A DNA stretch of 61,658 nucleotides, filler included. It is 6 parts of 6 records of this genome, joined end to end, with 100 filler letters (N's around TTAATTAATTAA, not from the genome) between each part and the next. Parts side by side here need not be neighbours in the genome. Positions count along the whole stretch, not along the records: positions 32,048 to 56,326 come from DRR723986_101111; 5 more parts are not named here. One strand, 5' to 3'. Below, one piece after another: positions 41,542-52,411 of the stretch (within the stretch, counting starts at the first letter, position 1; each line of letters begins with the position of its first letter). The notes under the pieces were generated by a model. It was given only the letters and a program-made list of their open reading frames with translations, was not told the origin of the DNA and searched no databases. The position numbers and the translations under genes were made by a program.

Positions 41542-42885
41542 TTACCCGTTAAAAATCAACTTAAAAGTTGTCCCTTCACCCTGAGTGGAACGCACTTGGA
41601 TATTGCCTTTGTGACGTCGCATAATCTGTTTGGATAAACTCAAACCGATTCCAGAACCCTTGGATTTGGTAGTAAAGAATGGTATGAAAATCTTGGAGAG
41701 TGCTTCCTCTTCGATCCCTTTACCAGTGTCAGCTACTTCAAGTATTATTTTCCCAGCTTCATCAATAAATGCCCTTAGGATTATTCTCCTCACTTCAGAA
41801 TCTTCCACAGCCTGAATAGCATTCTGAGTAAGGTTGATCAGCACTTGCTCGATCTGAGTTTGATCGCCAAATAGGATGAGTTCTTTAGGGTTAATTTCTT
41901 TGATCAATTCTATTTGATGTGTTTCTATCTGGTTTTGTAATAAAACCTCTAACTGGTGGAAAAGCTTTGCGATAGCAATACTGCTGAACTTTGGAGCAGG
42001 AATATGCGCCAAACTTCTAAAGTCAGATACGAAGCTGATTAGTCCTTGACTACGCTTTTCTATCGTACTAATTCCCATCAAATAATCTTCCATTTCTGAA
42101 GGAGTGATTTGCTCCACCTGTTCGATTTTGCTTTCCATTTCACCTTGGATTGTTCCTGCCAAAGAAGAAATAGGAGCGATGGAATTCATGATCTCATGAG
42201 TTAGGATTTTGACCAAATTTTGCCAAGCTTCCATCTCTTTTTCCTCCAGCTCAGATTGGATATTCTGAAGGGAAACCAATTTGAATTTCTCCCCACGCAT
42301 CAAAAGTTCGATGACATAAACAGAAAGCTGCATGATGCCATCAGGATGTGCGATCTTGATCAATTCACTTCCTCCAGTACGGAGATTATTGATGGCCAGG
42401 TGTAGTTCTTTATTTATTCCTTCGATTTCCCCGATGTTTTTCAATTCCTCTACATCGAGAATTCGTTTGGCAGCAGTATTCACAATTTGAATTCCGCCAT
42501 TTTCTCCAAAGGTGATCAAACCTATGCTCAGGTGTTTGAAAACGGACCGGAAATACTGATAGTTGGCTTCCTTCTCAGCTTGATCTTCTTTAAGCTTTGC
42601 GAGAATCGCGTTGAATTCTATATGCAAGTCATCAGTTTCGGTACCATCAAACTTCACTGGATAAAGTTGCGAGTATTTATCCTGCTTGATGTTGTCGAGG
42701 AAAACACGCACTTTCTTGAAGGATCCTTCGGAATAACGGAGCAAATAGATAATTTGAAATACGACCAAAACGAGAAGTAGGGAAATCATAAAGACTCCCC
42801 AACTATCGATCATAGCGTAGGCAAGAAGAAAAAGGGAAGCTGCTAGAAAGGCGATTCTCCCAAGTAAGCCAACTTTATAGTCCAT
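41542..42885 (-). CDS. Sensor histidine kinase
   Basis: H box THEIMNS, N box QVLINL..NA, G boxes DTGKGI and GSGIGL. Confidence 0.95.
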   Translation of the reverse strand: MDYKVGLLGRIAFLAASLFLLAYAMIDSWGVFMISLLLVLVVFQIIYLLRYSEGSFKKVRVFLDNIKQDKYSQLYPVKFDGTETDDLHIEFNAILAKLKEDQAEKEANYQYFRSVFKHLSIGLITFGENGGIQIVNTAAKRILDVEELKNIGEIEGINKELHLAINNLRTGGSELIKIAHPDGIMQLSVYVIELLMRGEKFKLVSLQNIQSELEEKEMEAWQNLVKILTHEIMNSIAPISSLAGTIQGEMESKIEQVEQITPSEMEDYLMGISTIEKRSQGLISFVSDFRSLAHIPAPKFSSIAIAKLFHQLEVLLQNQIETHQIELIKEINPKELILFGDQTQIEQVLINLTQNAIQAVEDSEVRRIILRAFIDEAGKIILEVADTGKGIEEEALSKIFIPFFTTKSKGSGIGLSLSKQIMRRHKGNIQVRSTQGEGTTFKLIFNG

Positions 42886-44257
42886 ATTTTTCCAGCCTTC
42901 TATACAAAGATGCTCTGGTCAAACCAAGTTCCTTAGCTGCTTTAGAAATGTTACCGCCATTTTTGTCAATAGCTCGCTGAATGGTTGTTTTCTCCATGTC
43001 GTCGAGATTCAATGTGACTGAAGTTGGTGCTTTGTCAGAAGCTGGCTTGGCAGAAAGGAAGAAGAAATCTCTTGAATCCAAAGTGTCACCTTCAGCCATA
43101 ATGATGGCACGTTCGATCGCGTGCTGAAGTTCACGGATATTTCCAGGCCATCCGTAATGCTGCAAAAGGTCCATGCCAGCGGTAGTAAAGCCAGTGAAGT
43201 TTTTGCGGTATTTCTGACTGTAACTTTTTAGGAAGTGATTGGCCAAAATAGGAATGTCATCCTGACGCTCGCGAAGTGGTGGTAAGAAAATCTCTACCGT
43301 GTTGATTCTATATAATAAATCCTGGCGGAATGCATTTTCAGAAGTGTTCTCGTGAATAGGCATATTGGTAGCACAGATCAGACGAATGTCAACAGGAATG
43401 GCTTTGTTGGTACCTATTCTAGTCACCTCTCTTCGCTGCAAAACAGTTAGAAGCTTGGATTGAAGCGGCAATGATAAGTTTCCGATTTCATCCAAAAATA
43501 AGGACCCTTGATCAGCAACTTCAAACCTACCAGCACGATCATCTTTGGCGTCCGTAAAAGCTCCTTTTTTATGTCCAAAAAGTTCTGATTCAAATAGGGT
43601 TTCGGTGATGGCACCCATATCTACGCCTACAAAAATCTCATCCTTACGAAGAGATCTATCGTGAATTGCTCTAGCAATCAGTTCTTTACCTGTTCCGTTT
43701 TCTCCCAGTATCAAGACATTTGCATCGGTCTGAGCCACTTTATCAATAATCGAAAAGATATTCTTCATTGAAGCACTTTGGCCGATGATGTCGGTGTAAG
43801 GCTTCTTCATGTCCGTCTGCATCTGTTTTTGCTTTTTCTGCAGCTTGTCTACTTCGTTGTAGCTTTCTTTGAGCCGGATAGCAGCCGATAGGGTAGCGAT
43901 CAACTTCTCATTTTGCCAAGGCTTTAATATAAAATCTGTCGCTCCTTCTTTTAGCGCTTGCACAGCCATTTCCACATCTCCGAACGCTGTAATCAGGATG
44001 ACTACAGCTTTTGGATCTATCTCTTTGATTTGCTTCAGCCAGTGGAAACCTTCCTTTCCTGAGGTTGTGTCTTCACGGAAGTTCATGTCCAACAGGATCA
44101 CATCGTAATTATTGTTGTTGACCAAAAAAGGAATTCTACGTGGATCCTTTTCTATCATGACTTCTTTGGCGTGCTTCTTTAAAAGCATTTTGGCGGCAAA
44201 TAATAAGTCTTCGTTATCGTCGATGATAAGAATCTTGCCTAAATCTTGAGTTTCCAT
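42875..44257 (-). CDS. Sigma-54-dependent response regulator (NtrC family)
   Basis: Receiver (DD, LLDMNF, KPW), GENGTGKE, GAFTDA and Fis HTH. Confidence 0.95.
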   Translation of the reverse strand: METQDLGKILIIDDNEDLLFAAKMLLKKHAKEVMIEKDPRRIPFLVNNNNYDVILLDMNFREDTTSGKEGFHWLKQIKEIDPKAVVILITAFGDVEMAVQALKEGATDFILKPWQNEKLIATLSAAIRLKESYNEVDKLQKKQKQMQTDMKKPYTDIIGQSASMKNIFSIIDKVAQTDANVLILGENGTGKELIARAIHDRSLRKDEIFVGVDMGAITETLFESELFGHKKGAFTDAKDDRAGRFEVADQGSLFLDEIGNLSLPLQSKLLTVLQRREVTRIGTNKAIPVDIRLICATNMPIHENTSENAFRQDLLYRINTVEIFLPPLRERQDDIPILANHFLKSYSQKYRKNFTGFTTAGMDLLQHYGWPGNIRELQHAIERAIIMAEGDTLDSRDFFFLSAKPASDKAPTSVTLNLDDMEKTTIQRAIDKNGGNISKAAKELGLTRASLYRRLEKYGL

Positions 44258-44408
44258 GGTTAATCGTTTGGTCTTTAGTATGGCAAAATGATGCCAACCC
44301 TAATATAAGGCAATAGGATGGGTTTTTGAGGGAGAAGTGTCCAAAAGTGTACGCTTTTATACTAAAATCGGACATTAGTGTCGGGTTTTCTCCCTTAATA
44401 GATTTTTG

Positions 44409-44416
44409 TAACTTTG
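44409..44416 (+). promoter_or_regulatory. Bacteroidota -7 promoter element
   Basis: TAACTTTG 22 nt before the ATG at 44439. Confidence 0.55.
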
Positions 44417-44438
44417 TCCTTTACTAAAAAATAAGACT

Positions 44439-44864
44439 ATGCAAGCTAAAAAAGGGGATGCAGTTCAAGTGCATTACACTGGAAAATTAGAAGATGGAAG
44501 CGTATTTGATTCTTCAGCAAATCGCGAACCGCTAGGATTTACCTTAGGCGACGGAAATATGATTAAAGGCTTTGACACTGCAGTTGACGGCATGAAGTTG
44601 GGCGAAAAAGTTACTGTAACAATTCCAGCTGCTGAAGCTTATGGCGAGCGCAGAGATGATATGATGATTGATGTGCCTATCGCACAAGTGCCGGCTGATA
44701 TCAAGCCTGAAATCGGACTCTCTTTGACTCTTCAGGGAGGAAATGGTCAGCCTATGCCAGTAACTGTTGTTGGTGTTGATGCTGAGAAAATCACTCTGGA
44801 TGCAAATCACCAGTTGGCAGGAAAAGATTTGATCTTTGATATTGAGTTGGTAAAAGTCAACTAA
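44439..44864 (+). CDS. FKBP-type peptidyl-prolyl isomerase (SlyD/FkpB-like, no His tail)
   Basis: V.VHYTG.L.DG..FDSS, EAYG and LDANH.LAGK.L.F. Confidence 0.93.
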   Translation: MQAKKGDAVQVHYTGKLEDGSVFDSSANREPLGFTLGDGNMIKGFDTAVDGMKLGEKVTVTIPAAEAYGERRDDMMIDVPIAQVPADIKPEIGLSLTLQGGNGQPMPVTVVGVDAEKITLDANHQLAGKDLIFDIELVKVN

Positions 44865-44887
44865 TAGCTCTCAATTGACAAAGTACC

Positions 44888-44921
44888 AAAGGCCATTTCA
44901 GCAATGAAATGGCCTTTTTTT
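44888..44921. terminator. Rho-independent terminator, possibly bidirectional
   Basis: AAAGGCCATTTCA-GCAA-TGAAATGGCCTTTTTTT. Confidence 0.9.
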
Positions 44922-45073
44922 GATATTTCTTTTAACTAAAGAAGGCTCGGAGATTTTCAAATAGCACATGACGTAGTGCAGCCCTGCTTCTTGTGCAGCT
45001 GGACTTTGATGATTTTTGAACATGTTGAATTCTGAATGTTGAATAAAGTATGATGCAGTAACAAGAAACCGCT

Positions 45074-45904
45074 TTACTTTAATGACTTTATCCAGTCGGG
45101 AGTAGGGTAAAGGCTAATTTTGTTTTTTGAAATTACAGCTAATCTTTCTTGACCGATTTGAAGGTAAATATCTTCTGGATTATCCAATTGAGCTAAGGTC
45201 AATGTTTCGTTGGTAGATAAGGATATTGCCATCAGTTTATCATCAGCGATCCAAAGAAGATGCTCGTTGTAATAGCAAAGTTTATCGACGTCTGTTACTT
45301 CTAATTTTCGCATCAGATTCCCTTGATTATCAAAAATATAAATACCGGTATCTGGCACATTCATAAACAATCGATTCTTGAATTCTCGGATTTCAGTGAC
45401 ATTCAAATCGCTTGAGTTCACAATCAAATTAAGAGGCTGAGATTGAATGATCTGATTTCTCAAATAATCCAATGACTTCAAATTCAGATCTGATTCATCC
45501 CAAACCCAGACCACATTATTGTTTCCAAGCGTAGCTGCTTTGGCTAAGTTAATATCTGCCAGTAGAAATCCTTTTTCTGCCAAAGGATTCAGAAATCTAT
45601 CCAAAATCCTATACTCTTGAAGATCCTCAGAAAAGCTAAAAATGTTAACTGTCCAGCCTGCTTCTAATTGAGCTAATCTTCCTTGGCGAGCTGGTGAAAA
45701 TAGGTTGAGTTGCTTGCCTTCTTGGCTGAACAGGTAAATATCTCCTGAAGTGTTGCTGGCAAATAGTTGATCCTTAGTGTCAAAGGAAATTAAGTCAAGG
45801 TTGTCAACTGCGATTTCAACTAGAGGAGATCCAAGTGAATTAGTACTTTGAGCCTTTCCAAAAAATGGAAATACATACAGGATCAAAATGAAAAGAGATC
45901 TCAT
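45074..45904 (-). CDS. Hypothetical secreted protein, beta-rich
   Basis: Signal peptide; overlaps the lpxH stop; LDRFL and GI..FD..G motifs. Confidence 0.7.
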   Translation of the reverse strand: MRSLFILILYVFPFFGKAQSTNSLGSPLVEIAVDNLDLISFDTKDQLFASNTSGDIYLFSQEGKQLNLFSPARQGRLAQLEAGWTVNIFSFSEDLQEYRILDRFLNPLAEKGFLLADINLAKAATLGNNNVVWVWDESDLNLKSLDYLRNQIIQSQPLNLIVNSSDLNVTEIREFKNRLFMNVPDTGIYIFDNQGNLMRKLEVTDVDKLCYYNEHLLWIADDKLMAISLSTNETLTLAQLDNPEDIYLQIGQERLAVISKNKISLYPTPDWIKSLK

Positions 45905-46677
45905 CCTTTGAAGGTAGTAAGCTTTGCTTCTTGACCATCAAATGACAGGAATGTGTTTTGGGTAACCCATTCTCCAAGATTAAAATAAGTGGAATTGGAT
46001 CCTACAGCTAATTCCAATGGCAAATGGCGATGACCGAAAATGTAGTAGTCATGATGCTTTTTTTGTTCAAGTTCCTTGCAATATGTCCAAAGCCATTCCC
46101 CGTCTCCCAGAAAGCGATTTTCATCTTTTTTATTATTTGTGATCCGACTATGTCCTGACCATCCTTTTGCTAGTTTGACTCCTAGATCGGGATGAAACCA
46201 TCTGAATAGCCATTTTGCAACAGGATTCGTAAAAACTCGCTTAAGGATTTTATAAGAATTGTCTCCAGGGCCAAGTCCATCACCGTGTCCAACAAGGATT
46301 GATTTTCCTTCTATTTTTAGCTCAATAGGATGCGTGTAAACTGGTATTCCCAACTCTACGGTAAAATAGTCTTTCATCCATAAATCGTGATTTCCTGTAA
46401 AAAAAACGATAGGAATACCACGTTCTCTGAGTTGATGAATCTTTGAAATAAATGGAATAAAACCCTTAGGGATTACCTGCCCATATTCGAACCAAAAATC
46501 GAAGATATCTCCAACCAAAAAGATAGCAGCAGCATCTTCAGCTATCTTATCTAACCATCCTATAATCCGTTTTTCGCGCACTTTACTTTCAGCATCATTG
46601 GGCGCTCCAAGATGAAAATCTGATGCGAAATAAACTTTTTTTCCATTCAGTGGAAAATCCAACGGGGGTGATTGCAT
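45901..46677 (-). CDS. lpxH: UDP-2,3-diacylglucosamine diphosphatase (metallophosphoesterase)
   Basis: SDFH, GD.FDFWFEY, GNHD, HGD and FGHRH. Confidence 0.88.
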   Translation of the reverse strand: MQSPPLDFPLNGKKVYFASDFHLGAPNDAESKVREKRIIGWLDKIAEDAAAIFLVGDIFDFWFEYGQVIPKGFIPFISKIHQLRERGIPIVFFTGNHDLWMKDYFTVELGIPVYTHPIELKIEGKSILVGHGDGLGPGDNSYKILKRVFTNPVAKWLFRWFHPDLGVKLAKGWSGHSRITNNKKDENRFLGDGEWLWTYCKELEQKKHHDYYIFGHRHLPLELAVGSNSTYFNLGEWVTQNTFLSFDGQEAKLTTFKG

Positions 46678-46708
46678 GACTAAAGATAAACGGGAGGAAA
46701 CTAAATAG

Positions 46709-46734
46709 AAAAAGCCCCGATTAATTCGGGGCTT
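46709..46734 (-). terminator. Rho-independent terminator of ftsH
   Basis: Minus strand AAGCCCCGA-ATTAA-TCGGGGCTTTTT. Confidence 0.85.
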
Positions 46735-46737
46735 ATT

Positions 46738-48810
46738 TTATATGATTCGATTATCAGAATTTGGCTCCGGAATAGGATCTACAAGAGGATCTGAAGATTC
46801 AGGATTGCTCTCCTCGTCCTTAGAAATTAAATCTGGCTCCTTAGGCAAATCTTTTTTATTGGTGAACGCCTGATACGTGGTTTCTTTATCAAAAGGTCTC
46901 TTTCCAATCAATCGCTCCAAATCAGCTTGGAATAGAATTTCTTTTTCCAATAGCTCTTTAGCCAAGATTTCAAGTTCTTTGATTCTATGAGTAAGCAATT
47001 CCTTAGTTCTGTCATAAGCCGACTGAATCAATTTTCTAACCTCCTCATCGATTACTTCAGCAGTACTTTCGGAGTAAGGCTTGGTCATTTTGTAACCGTC
47101 ACCCTTTGAATCATAGAAAGAAACGTTACCGATTTTATCATTCATACCGTAAACAGAAACGATGGAGTAAGCCAGCTTAGTCACTCGTTCCAAATCACTT
47201 AAAGCACCAGTTGAGATCTTTTTGAAGATTATTTCTTCAGCTGCACGACCACCTAGTGTCATACACATCTCATCCATCAACTGCTCTGTTTGATATAAGA
47301 ACTGCTCCTTTGGCAGGTACTGTGCATAGCCTAAAGCAGCAACTCCACGAGGAACAATACTTACTTTAACCAATGGATCAGCGTGCTCCAAGAACCAGCC
47401 AGCTACTGCGTGACCTGCTTCGTGGAAGGCTACAATTTTCTTCTCCTCTGGAGATATTATCTTATTTTTCTTCTCCAAACCACCGATCACTCGGTCAACG
47501 GCATCTTGGAAATCCTGCATATCCACTGCAGATTTATTTCTTCTAGCTGCAATAAGAGCTGCCTCATTACATACGTTAGCGATTTCAGCACCAGCAAATC
47601 CTGGAGTTTGAGCGGCACATTTCTTTGGATCTACATCGTCTGCCGTTTTGATAGGCTTCAAGTGTACTTTGAAAATAGCTTCTCTTCCTACTATATCTGG
47701 CTTGTCAATAGAAATCTGTCTGTCAAAGCGACCTGGTCTTAGCAATGCGCTATCCAAAACATCTGGTCTGTTGGTCGCAGCAACTACGATAACCCCAGTA
47801 TCAGTGCCGAAACCATCCATTTCCACCAAAAGGGAGTTAAGCGTATTCTCTCTCTCGTCGTTAGAGCCTGGCATTTGTCCTTTACCTCTGGATCTACCAA
47901 TGGCATCAATCTCATCAATAAAGATGATACAAGGGGCCTTTTCTTTAGCTTGCTTAAACAAGTCACGAACTCGGGCAGCACCTACACCTACAAACATTTC
48001 TACGAAATCTGAACCTGATAAAGTGAAGAAAGGCACGCCAGCTTCACCGGCTACAGCTTTTGCAAGCAAGGTCTTACCAGTACCTGGAGGGCCTACAAGC
48101 AAGGCACCTTTAGGTATTTTACCGCCTAGTTTTGTGAATTTTCCTGGGTTTTGAAGGAATTCAACGATTTCCTGAACTTCTTCTTTTGCTTCGTCTAGTC
48201 CTGCCACATTGTCAAAAGTGATTTTGACTTTGTTTTCAGCATCAAATAATTGGGCTTTGGATTTGCCCACGTTAAAGATTTGTCCACCTGGACCGGATGG
48301 TCCAGCCATGCGGCGCATCATAAACCAGAAAAGCACAAATAATAAAATCAGGAATCCAAAGCTGCTGAAATAGCTACCCCAGTTTTCTTCGGTAGCAACA
48401 GATAGCTCTATGCGGTTTTCTTGCGGAACTTCTTCCTTAAGTATATCGAAATCCTGTGCAAATTTATCTACAGATGCTACTTCAAATGAATAGTGAGGCC
48501 CTTGTGGATTGAAAAAAGTTGAATTGGACTCCAATTCAGTCTTATACTTATCCGTGGATAATGCGGAAGTTTTGAGAGTGACGTCTACACGCTCCATGTT
48601 TTTAACCATGGTTACTTTAGAGACATCTCCAGCTAGGTACATATCCTCAAATCTCTTTTGAGTAATATCTACAACTGCATTTCTATTTTGAATCCAAGTG
48701 AGACCAAGTAGAACTGCAACTGCAGCTATAATCAGCCAAAGCTGAAAATTGGGCTTTTGAGGGGCCTTTGGAGTAAATTTTTTGTTTTTATTATTCTTAG
48801 TATCGCTCAT
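46738..48810 (-). CDS. ftsH: ATP-dependent zinc metalloprotease FtsH
   Basis: Two TM segments, [22 protein letters not shown] and HEAGH. Confidence 0.98.
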   Translation of the reverse strand: MSDTKNNKNKKFTPKAPQKPNFQLWLIIAAVAVLLGLTWIQNRNAVVDITQKRFEDMYLAGDVSKVTMVKNMERVDVTLKTSALSTDKYKTELESNSTFFNPQGPHYSFEVASVDKFAQDFDILKEEVPQENRIELSVATEENWGSYFSSFGFLILLFVLFWFMMRRMAGPSGPGGQIFNVGKSKAQLFDAENKVKITFDNVAGLDEAKEEVQEIVEFLQNPGKFTKLGGKIPKGALLVGPPGTGKTLLAKAVAGEAGVPFFTLSGSDFVEMFVGVGAARVRDLFKQAKEKAPCIIFIDEIDAIGRSRGKGQMPGSNDERENTLNSLLVEMDGFGTDTGVIVVAATNRPDVLDSALLRPGRFDRQISIDKPDIVGREAIFKVHLKPIKTADDVDPKKCAAQTPGFAGAEIANVCNEAALIAARRNKSAVDMQDFQDAVDRVIGGLEKKNKIISPEEKKIVAFHEAGHAVAGWFLEHADPLVKVSIVPRGVAALGYAQYLPKEQFLYQTEQLMDEMCMTLGGRAAEEIIFKKISTGALSDLERVTKLAYSIVSVYGMNDKIGNVSFYDSKGDGYKMTKPYSESTAEVIDEEVRKLIQSAYDRTKELLTHRIKELEILAKELLEKEILFQADLERLIGKRPFDKETTYQAFTNKKDLPKEPDLISKDEESNPESSDPLVDPIPEPNSDNRII

Positions 48811-48874
48811 TTCTTATAACGGTAATTTCATAAACTTAAGGTAAACGGAGGGTTAAGCTGAAAGTTCTTGATTT

Positions 48875-49231
48875 TTATCCAACTCGGGTGACTTTGGCAT
48901 CCCCCCAAAGGTCTTCTAATCCATAAAATGCTCTTTTATCTTTAAGGAAAATATGTGCCACAACGTTCACATAATCTACTAAAATCCACTGACGGCTACT
49001 TTTTCCCTCAGTTTTCCATGGATTTCCTTGGCCACTTTTAAATACTTGTTCTTCAATCGAATCCGCTATAGCGTCTAATTGTGTATCAGAATTGCCTGAG
49101 CATATAACAAAAAAATCAGTCACGGTGTTTTTGATATTTCTTAGATCCAATAAAACAATGTCTGAGGCTTTCTTTTCCTCCATTCCTTTGATGATTACTT
49201 TGCTCAGCTCTTCTGCTGTCATATTATTCAT
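48875..49231 (-). CDS. rsfS: Ribosome silencing factor
   Basis: EKKA.DI..LDL, D.FVIC.G.S, W.L.DY..VV.HIF and R.FY.LE.LW. Confidence 0.95.
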   Translation of the reverse strand: MNNMTAEELSKVIIKGMEEKKASDIVLLDLRNIKNTVTDFFVICSGNSDTQLDAIADSIEEQVFKSGQGNPWKTEGKSSRQWILVDYVNVVAHIFLKDKRAFYGLEDLWGDAKVTRVG

Positions 49232-49284
49232 TTAATTTTGCAACGTCGCGTATAAAACATCCTTTTTAGACGAATTCAAAATTT

Positions 49285-50043
49285 ATGTATAAAATTCTTG
49301 CCAATACGATTTTTTTAGGGAAAGATGTTCATTTCCTGCCAGAGTGTCACTCGACTAATGACATTGCTCTTAATTTGGTCAGGCAAAAGCGTGCCTTAGA
49401 AGGGAGCATTGTGATCTGTGACCACCAAAGCAAAGGCAAAGGTCAGCGAGGGAATAGTTGGAGCTCGCAAGCAGGACAGAATTTAACATTCTCCCTGATT
49501 CTTAGACCTGATTTCATGGATATAACCGAGCAGTTTTACCTAAATATGGCAATATCAAATAGTTTGAAACAAATGCTTCAAGATTATGTGCCCACTATAG
49601 AGGTAAAGTGGCCAAATGATTTGGTTGTTCCTGGGTATGGAAAAATAGGTGGGATTTTGATCGAAAATACATTTTCTGGCAAGGAATGGGAATTTGCTGT
49701 AGTTGGAATTGGGCTCAATGTCAATCAGGTTGATTTTGAATCTAATAGAGCTTCTTCGATTAAATTGATCACAGGTAGCGAGATTAATTTAGAAGAATTG
49801 TTTCGGCTTTTGATTACTCAAATTGAGCAAGGGTATATACAATTGAAGAAAGGGAAGTGGAAAGAAATAAAACAGGAGTATCTGATGAACCTGTACCGAA
49901 AAGAAATTTGGGCTAATTATTCATCAAATGGAGAACAATTCGAAGGAAAAATTGTTGGAATATCTGCGGATGGGAAATTAAAAATAGAGTTAAAAAATGC
50001 TGAAATAGCGGTTTTTGGATTGAAAGAGATCTCTTTCCTATAG
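49285..50043 (+). CDS. birA: Biotin--[acetyl-CoA carboxylase] ligase (no HTH)
   Basis: STND, Q..GKGQRG..W, KWPND and KIGGILIE. Confidence 0.95.
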   Translation: MYKILANTIFLGKDVHFLPECHSTNDIALNLVRQKRALEGSIVICDHQSKGKGQRGNSWSSQAGQNLTFSLILRPDFMDITEQFYLNMAISNSLKQMLQDYVPTIEVKWPNDLVVPGYGKIGGILIENTFSGKEWEFAVVGIGLNVNQVDFESNRASSIKLITGSEINLEELFRLLITQIEQGYIQLKKGKWKEIKQEYLMNLYRKEIWANYSSNGEQFEGKIVGISADGKLKIELKNAEIAVFGLKEISFL

Positions 50044-50077
50044 TCCCTTAAAATTTTAGATTCCAAATATTAAGCGG

Positions 50078-50085
50078 TACCTTTG
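50078..50085 (+). promoter_or_regulatory. Bacteroidota -7 promoter element
   Basis: TACCTTTG upstream of ahcY. Confidence 0.55.
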
Positions 50086-50126
50086 CGCAGGTTTTTAGTG
50101 AAATTAATACGTTAACTATCAATAAT

Positions 50127-51446
50127 ATGTCAGAAATAAAATCTGAAAAATTCGTTCAATACAAGGTTAAAGACATTTCCTTGGCAGAGTATGGAAGAAA
50201 AGAAATTAAACTTGCTGAGGCTGAAATGCCAGGTTTAATGTCTTTGCGTGAAGAATATGGTGCATCTCAGCCGCTTAAAGGTGCTAGAATCGCAGGTTGT
50301 CTTCACATGACTATTCAGACTGCTGTATTGATCGAAACTTTAGTTGCTCTTGGGGCTGAAGTTACTTGGTCTTCTTGTAACATTTTTTCTACTCAAGATC
50401 ACGCTGCTGCTGCTATTGCTGCCGCAGGAATTTCAGTTTATGCTTGGAAAGGTTTGAATGAAAAAGATTTTGATTGGTGTATTGAGCAAACCTTGTTTTT
50501 CGGTGAAGATCGCAAGCCATTGAATATGATTTTGGATGATGGTGGAGACTTGACAAACATGGTGTTGGATCAATATCCTGAGCTAGTACCTGGTATCAAA
50601 GGTCTTTCTGAAGAGACTACCACCGGAGTGCACAGACTTTACGAAAGAATGAAAAAAGGTACTCTTCCAATGCCTGCTATCAACGTGAACGATTCTGTTA
50701 CCAAATCTAAATTTGACAACAAATACGGATGTAAAGAATCATTGGTTGATGCAATAAGAAGAGCAACTGATGTGATGATGGCTGGTAAAGTAGCTGTAGT
50801 GGGTGGATATGGTGATGTAGGAAAAGGTTCTGCTGCGTCTCTTAGAGGAGCTGGGGCTCGTGTAATCGTTACTGAAATAGATCCAATCTGTGCGCTTCAG
50901 GCAGCAATGGATGGCTACGCTGTAAAGAAAATGACAGATGCTGTGAAAGAGGCAGATATCGTGGTCACCGCCACTGGTAATAAAAACATTATCACTGAGG
51001 AGCATTTCAGATCAATGAGAGATAAGACTATCGTTTGTAACATCGGTCACTTCGACAATGAAATCGATATGGCTTGGTTGAATGGTACTTACGGGGATAC
51101 TAAAATCGAGATTAAACCTCAGGTGGATCTTTATAACATTGATGGAAATGAAATCATTGTTTTAGCTGAAGGTCGCTTAGTGAACTTGGGTTGTGCAACT
51201 GGTCATCCATCTTTCGTGATGTCAAACTCTTTCACTAACCAAACTTTAGCCCAACTTGAACTTTGGAATAATACGGACGCCTATAAGCCTGGAGTTTATG
51301 TATTGCCAAAGCATTTGGATGAAAAAGTTGCTGCTTTACACCTTTCAAAATTAGGTGTTGATTTAGAAGTGCTTTCTCAAGATCAAGCAGAATACATAGG
51401 TGTAACTGTTGAAGGTCCATTTAAGCCTGACTACTACAGATATTAA
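50127..51446 (+). CDS. ahcY: Adenosylhomocysteinase
   Basis: [32 protein letters not shown] and GHPSFVMS. Confidence 0.99.
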   Translation: MSEIKSEKFVQYKVKDISLAEYGRKEIKLAEAEMPGLMSLREEYGASQPLKGARIAGCLHMTIQTAVLIETLVALGAEVTWSSCNIFSTQDHAAAAIAAAGISVYAWKGLNEKDFDWCIEQTLFFGEDRKPLNMILDDGGDLTNMVLDQYPELVPGIKGLSEETTTGVHRLYERMKKGTLPMPAINVNDSVTKSKFDNKYGCKESLVDAIRRATDVMMAGKVAVVGGYGDVGKGSAASLRGAGARVIVTEIDPICALQAAMDGYAVKKMTDAVKEADIVVTATGNKNIITEEHFRSMRDKTIVCNIGHFDNEIDMAWLNGTYGDTKIEIKPQVDLYNIDGNEIIVLAEGRLVNLGCATGHPSFVMSNSFTNQTLAQLELWNNTDAYKPGVYVLPKHLDEKVAALHLSKLGVDLEVLSQDQAEYIGVTVEGPFKPDYYRY

Positions 51447-51465
51447 TAGACGTACAAGTCAAAAT

Positions 51466-51495
51466 AAAGCCCTGAATAATATCAGGGCTTTTTTT
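51466..51495. terminator. Rho-independent terminator between convergent genes
   Basis: AAAGCCCTGA-ATAATA-TCAGGGCTTTTTTT. Confidence 0.9.
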
Positions 51496-51503
51496 GTGCT
51501 TAT

Positions 51504-52313
51504 TTATTTTGGGTTCAAAAGTAACTTTCTTCCGTCGGGTAATTTGGTGTTTGCTGCTACTTTGCAACTATCCATCAATTCATAGGTTGTTAAATAAGAT
51601 ACTTCAGAATTTCCTCCTCTGGAAACAAACCAGTCCTCGACACCAGCTGCAGGAAGAATTTCATTTTCCTGTAAGCAAGTGACAAAGCGGTTTGTGGGGC
51701 TGTTAATAGCTATTTCGAATTCTCTACCCACCGGATTTGTACCCTTTATACTTCCAATTGAGCTGATACTGGCCAAGGTATCCTTAATGTAAGTTTTTGT
51801 GTGGGTGAATTTTCCGGAGAATTCTGTGCTAAGCTTGGTGTCAGTAATTTCAATTAGATCAGTAAATTCCTCCTTAATCTGGTTGAATCTGTCAGAGGAA
51901 AAGGATCTAGTACCCTCTATTTTTTTTGTACCGAAGTAATATTCATCATAAGTTAAAGTCCATCGGTTTAAAAGGCTACTTGAAGAGTTTTCAAAATTGA
52001 TGGTCAGTTTTCCGCTTCTCCCGTATTCTCCTGATTGAATACAAGTAGTGCTAGCCATAAAATGTAAGGTTACCTCTTTGGCTTCTTGGTTCAAAAGAAT
52101 TGCTGGACAGCTAGGTAAATTGAGGGAATCAACTAATTGATATTCCTCCCAAGATATCAGTGCGAAATACAAGCTTTCATTCCAGTCCTTAGAGATGCTG
52201 AACAATTGAGATGCTTCCGTCGCCAAATCGGTCTGGATTACTTTTTCTTCATCTTCTGCACAACTCATCAAAATTGGAACTAGCAGAATCAGACCGAAAA
52301 TAAATCTTCTCAT
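51504..52313 (-). CDS. Hypothetical lipoprotein
   Basis: Lipobox LMSC; beta-rich with Cys pairs. Confidence 0.75.
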   Translation of the reverse strand: MRRFIFGLILLVPILMSCAEDEEKVIQTDLATEASQLFSISKDWNESLYFALISWEEYQLVDSLNLPSCPAILLNQEAKEVTLHFMASTTCIQSGEYGRSGKLTINFENSSSSLLNRWTLTYDEYYFGTKKIEGTRSFSSDRFNQIKEEFTDLIEITDTKLSTEFSGKFTHTKTYIKDTLASISSIGSIKGTNPVGREFEIAINSPTNRFVTCLQENEILPAAGVEDWFVSRGGNSEVSYLTTYELMDSCKVAANTKLPDGRKLLLNPK

Positions 52314-52411
52314 TGAATGGTGATTAAAAATATTAGAGTTGGTTTAATCTTCGTCCTTCAATTACCAAGCCGAAATAACTATCTTGGAGTTCGACGATAA
52401 ACCACAAATTT

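Noticed and set aside
44898-45023. 41-codon minus-strand ORF (MFKNHQSP...)
   Set aside because: Ends inside the terminator stem and has no recognisable features; unsupported without conservation data
50044-50126. SAH or SAM riboswitch upstream of ahcY
   Set aside because: Only about 35 nt lie between the predicted promoter and the ATG, AT-rich and without a recognisable aptamer
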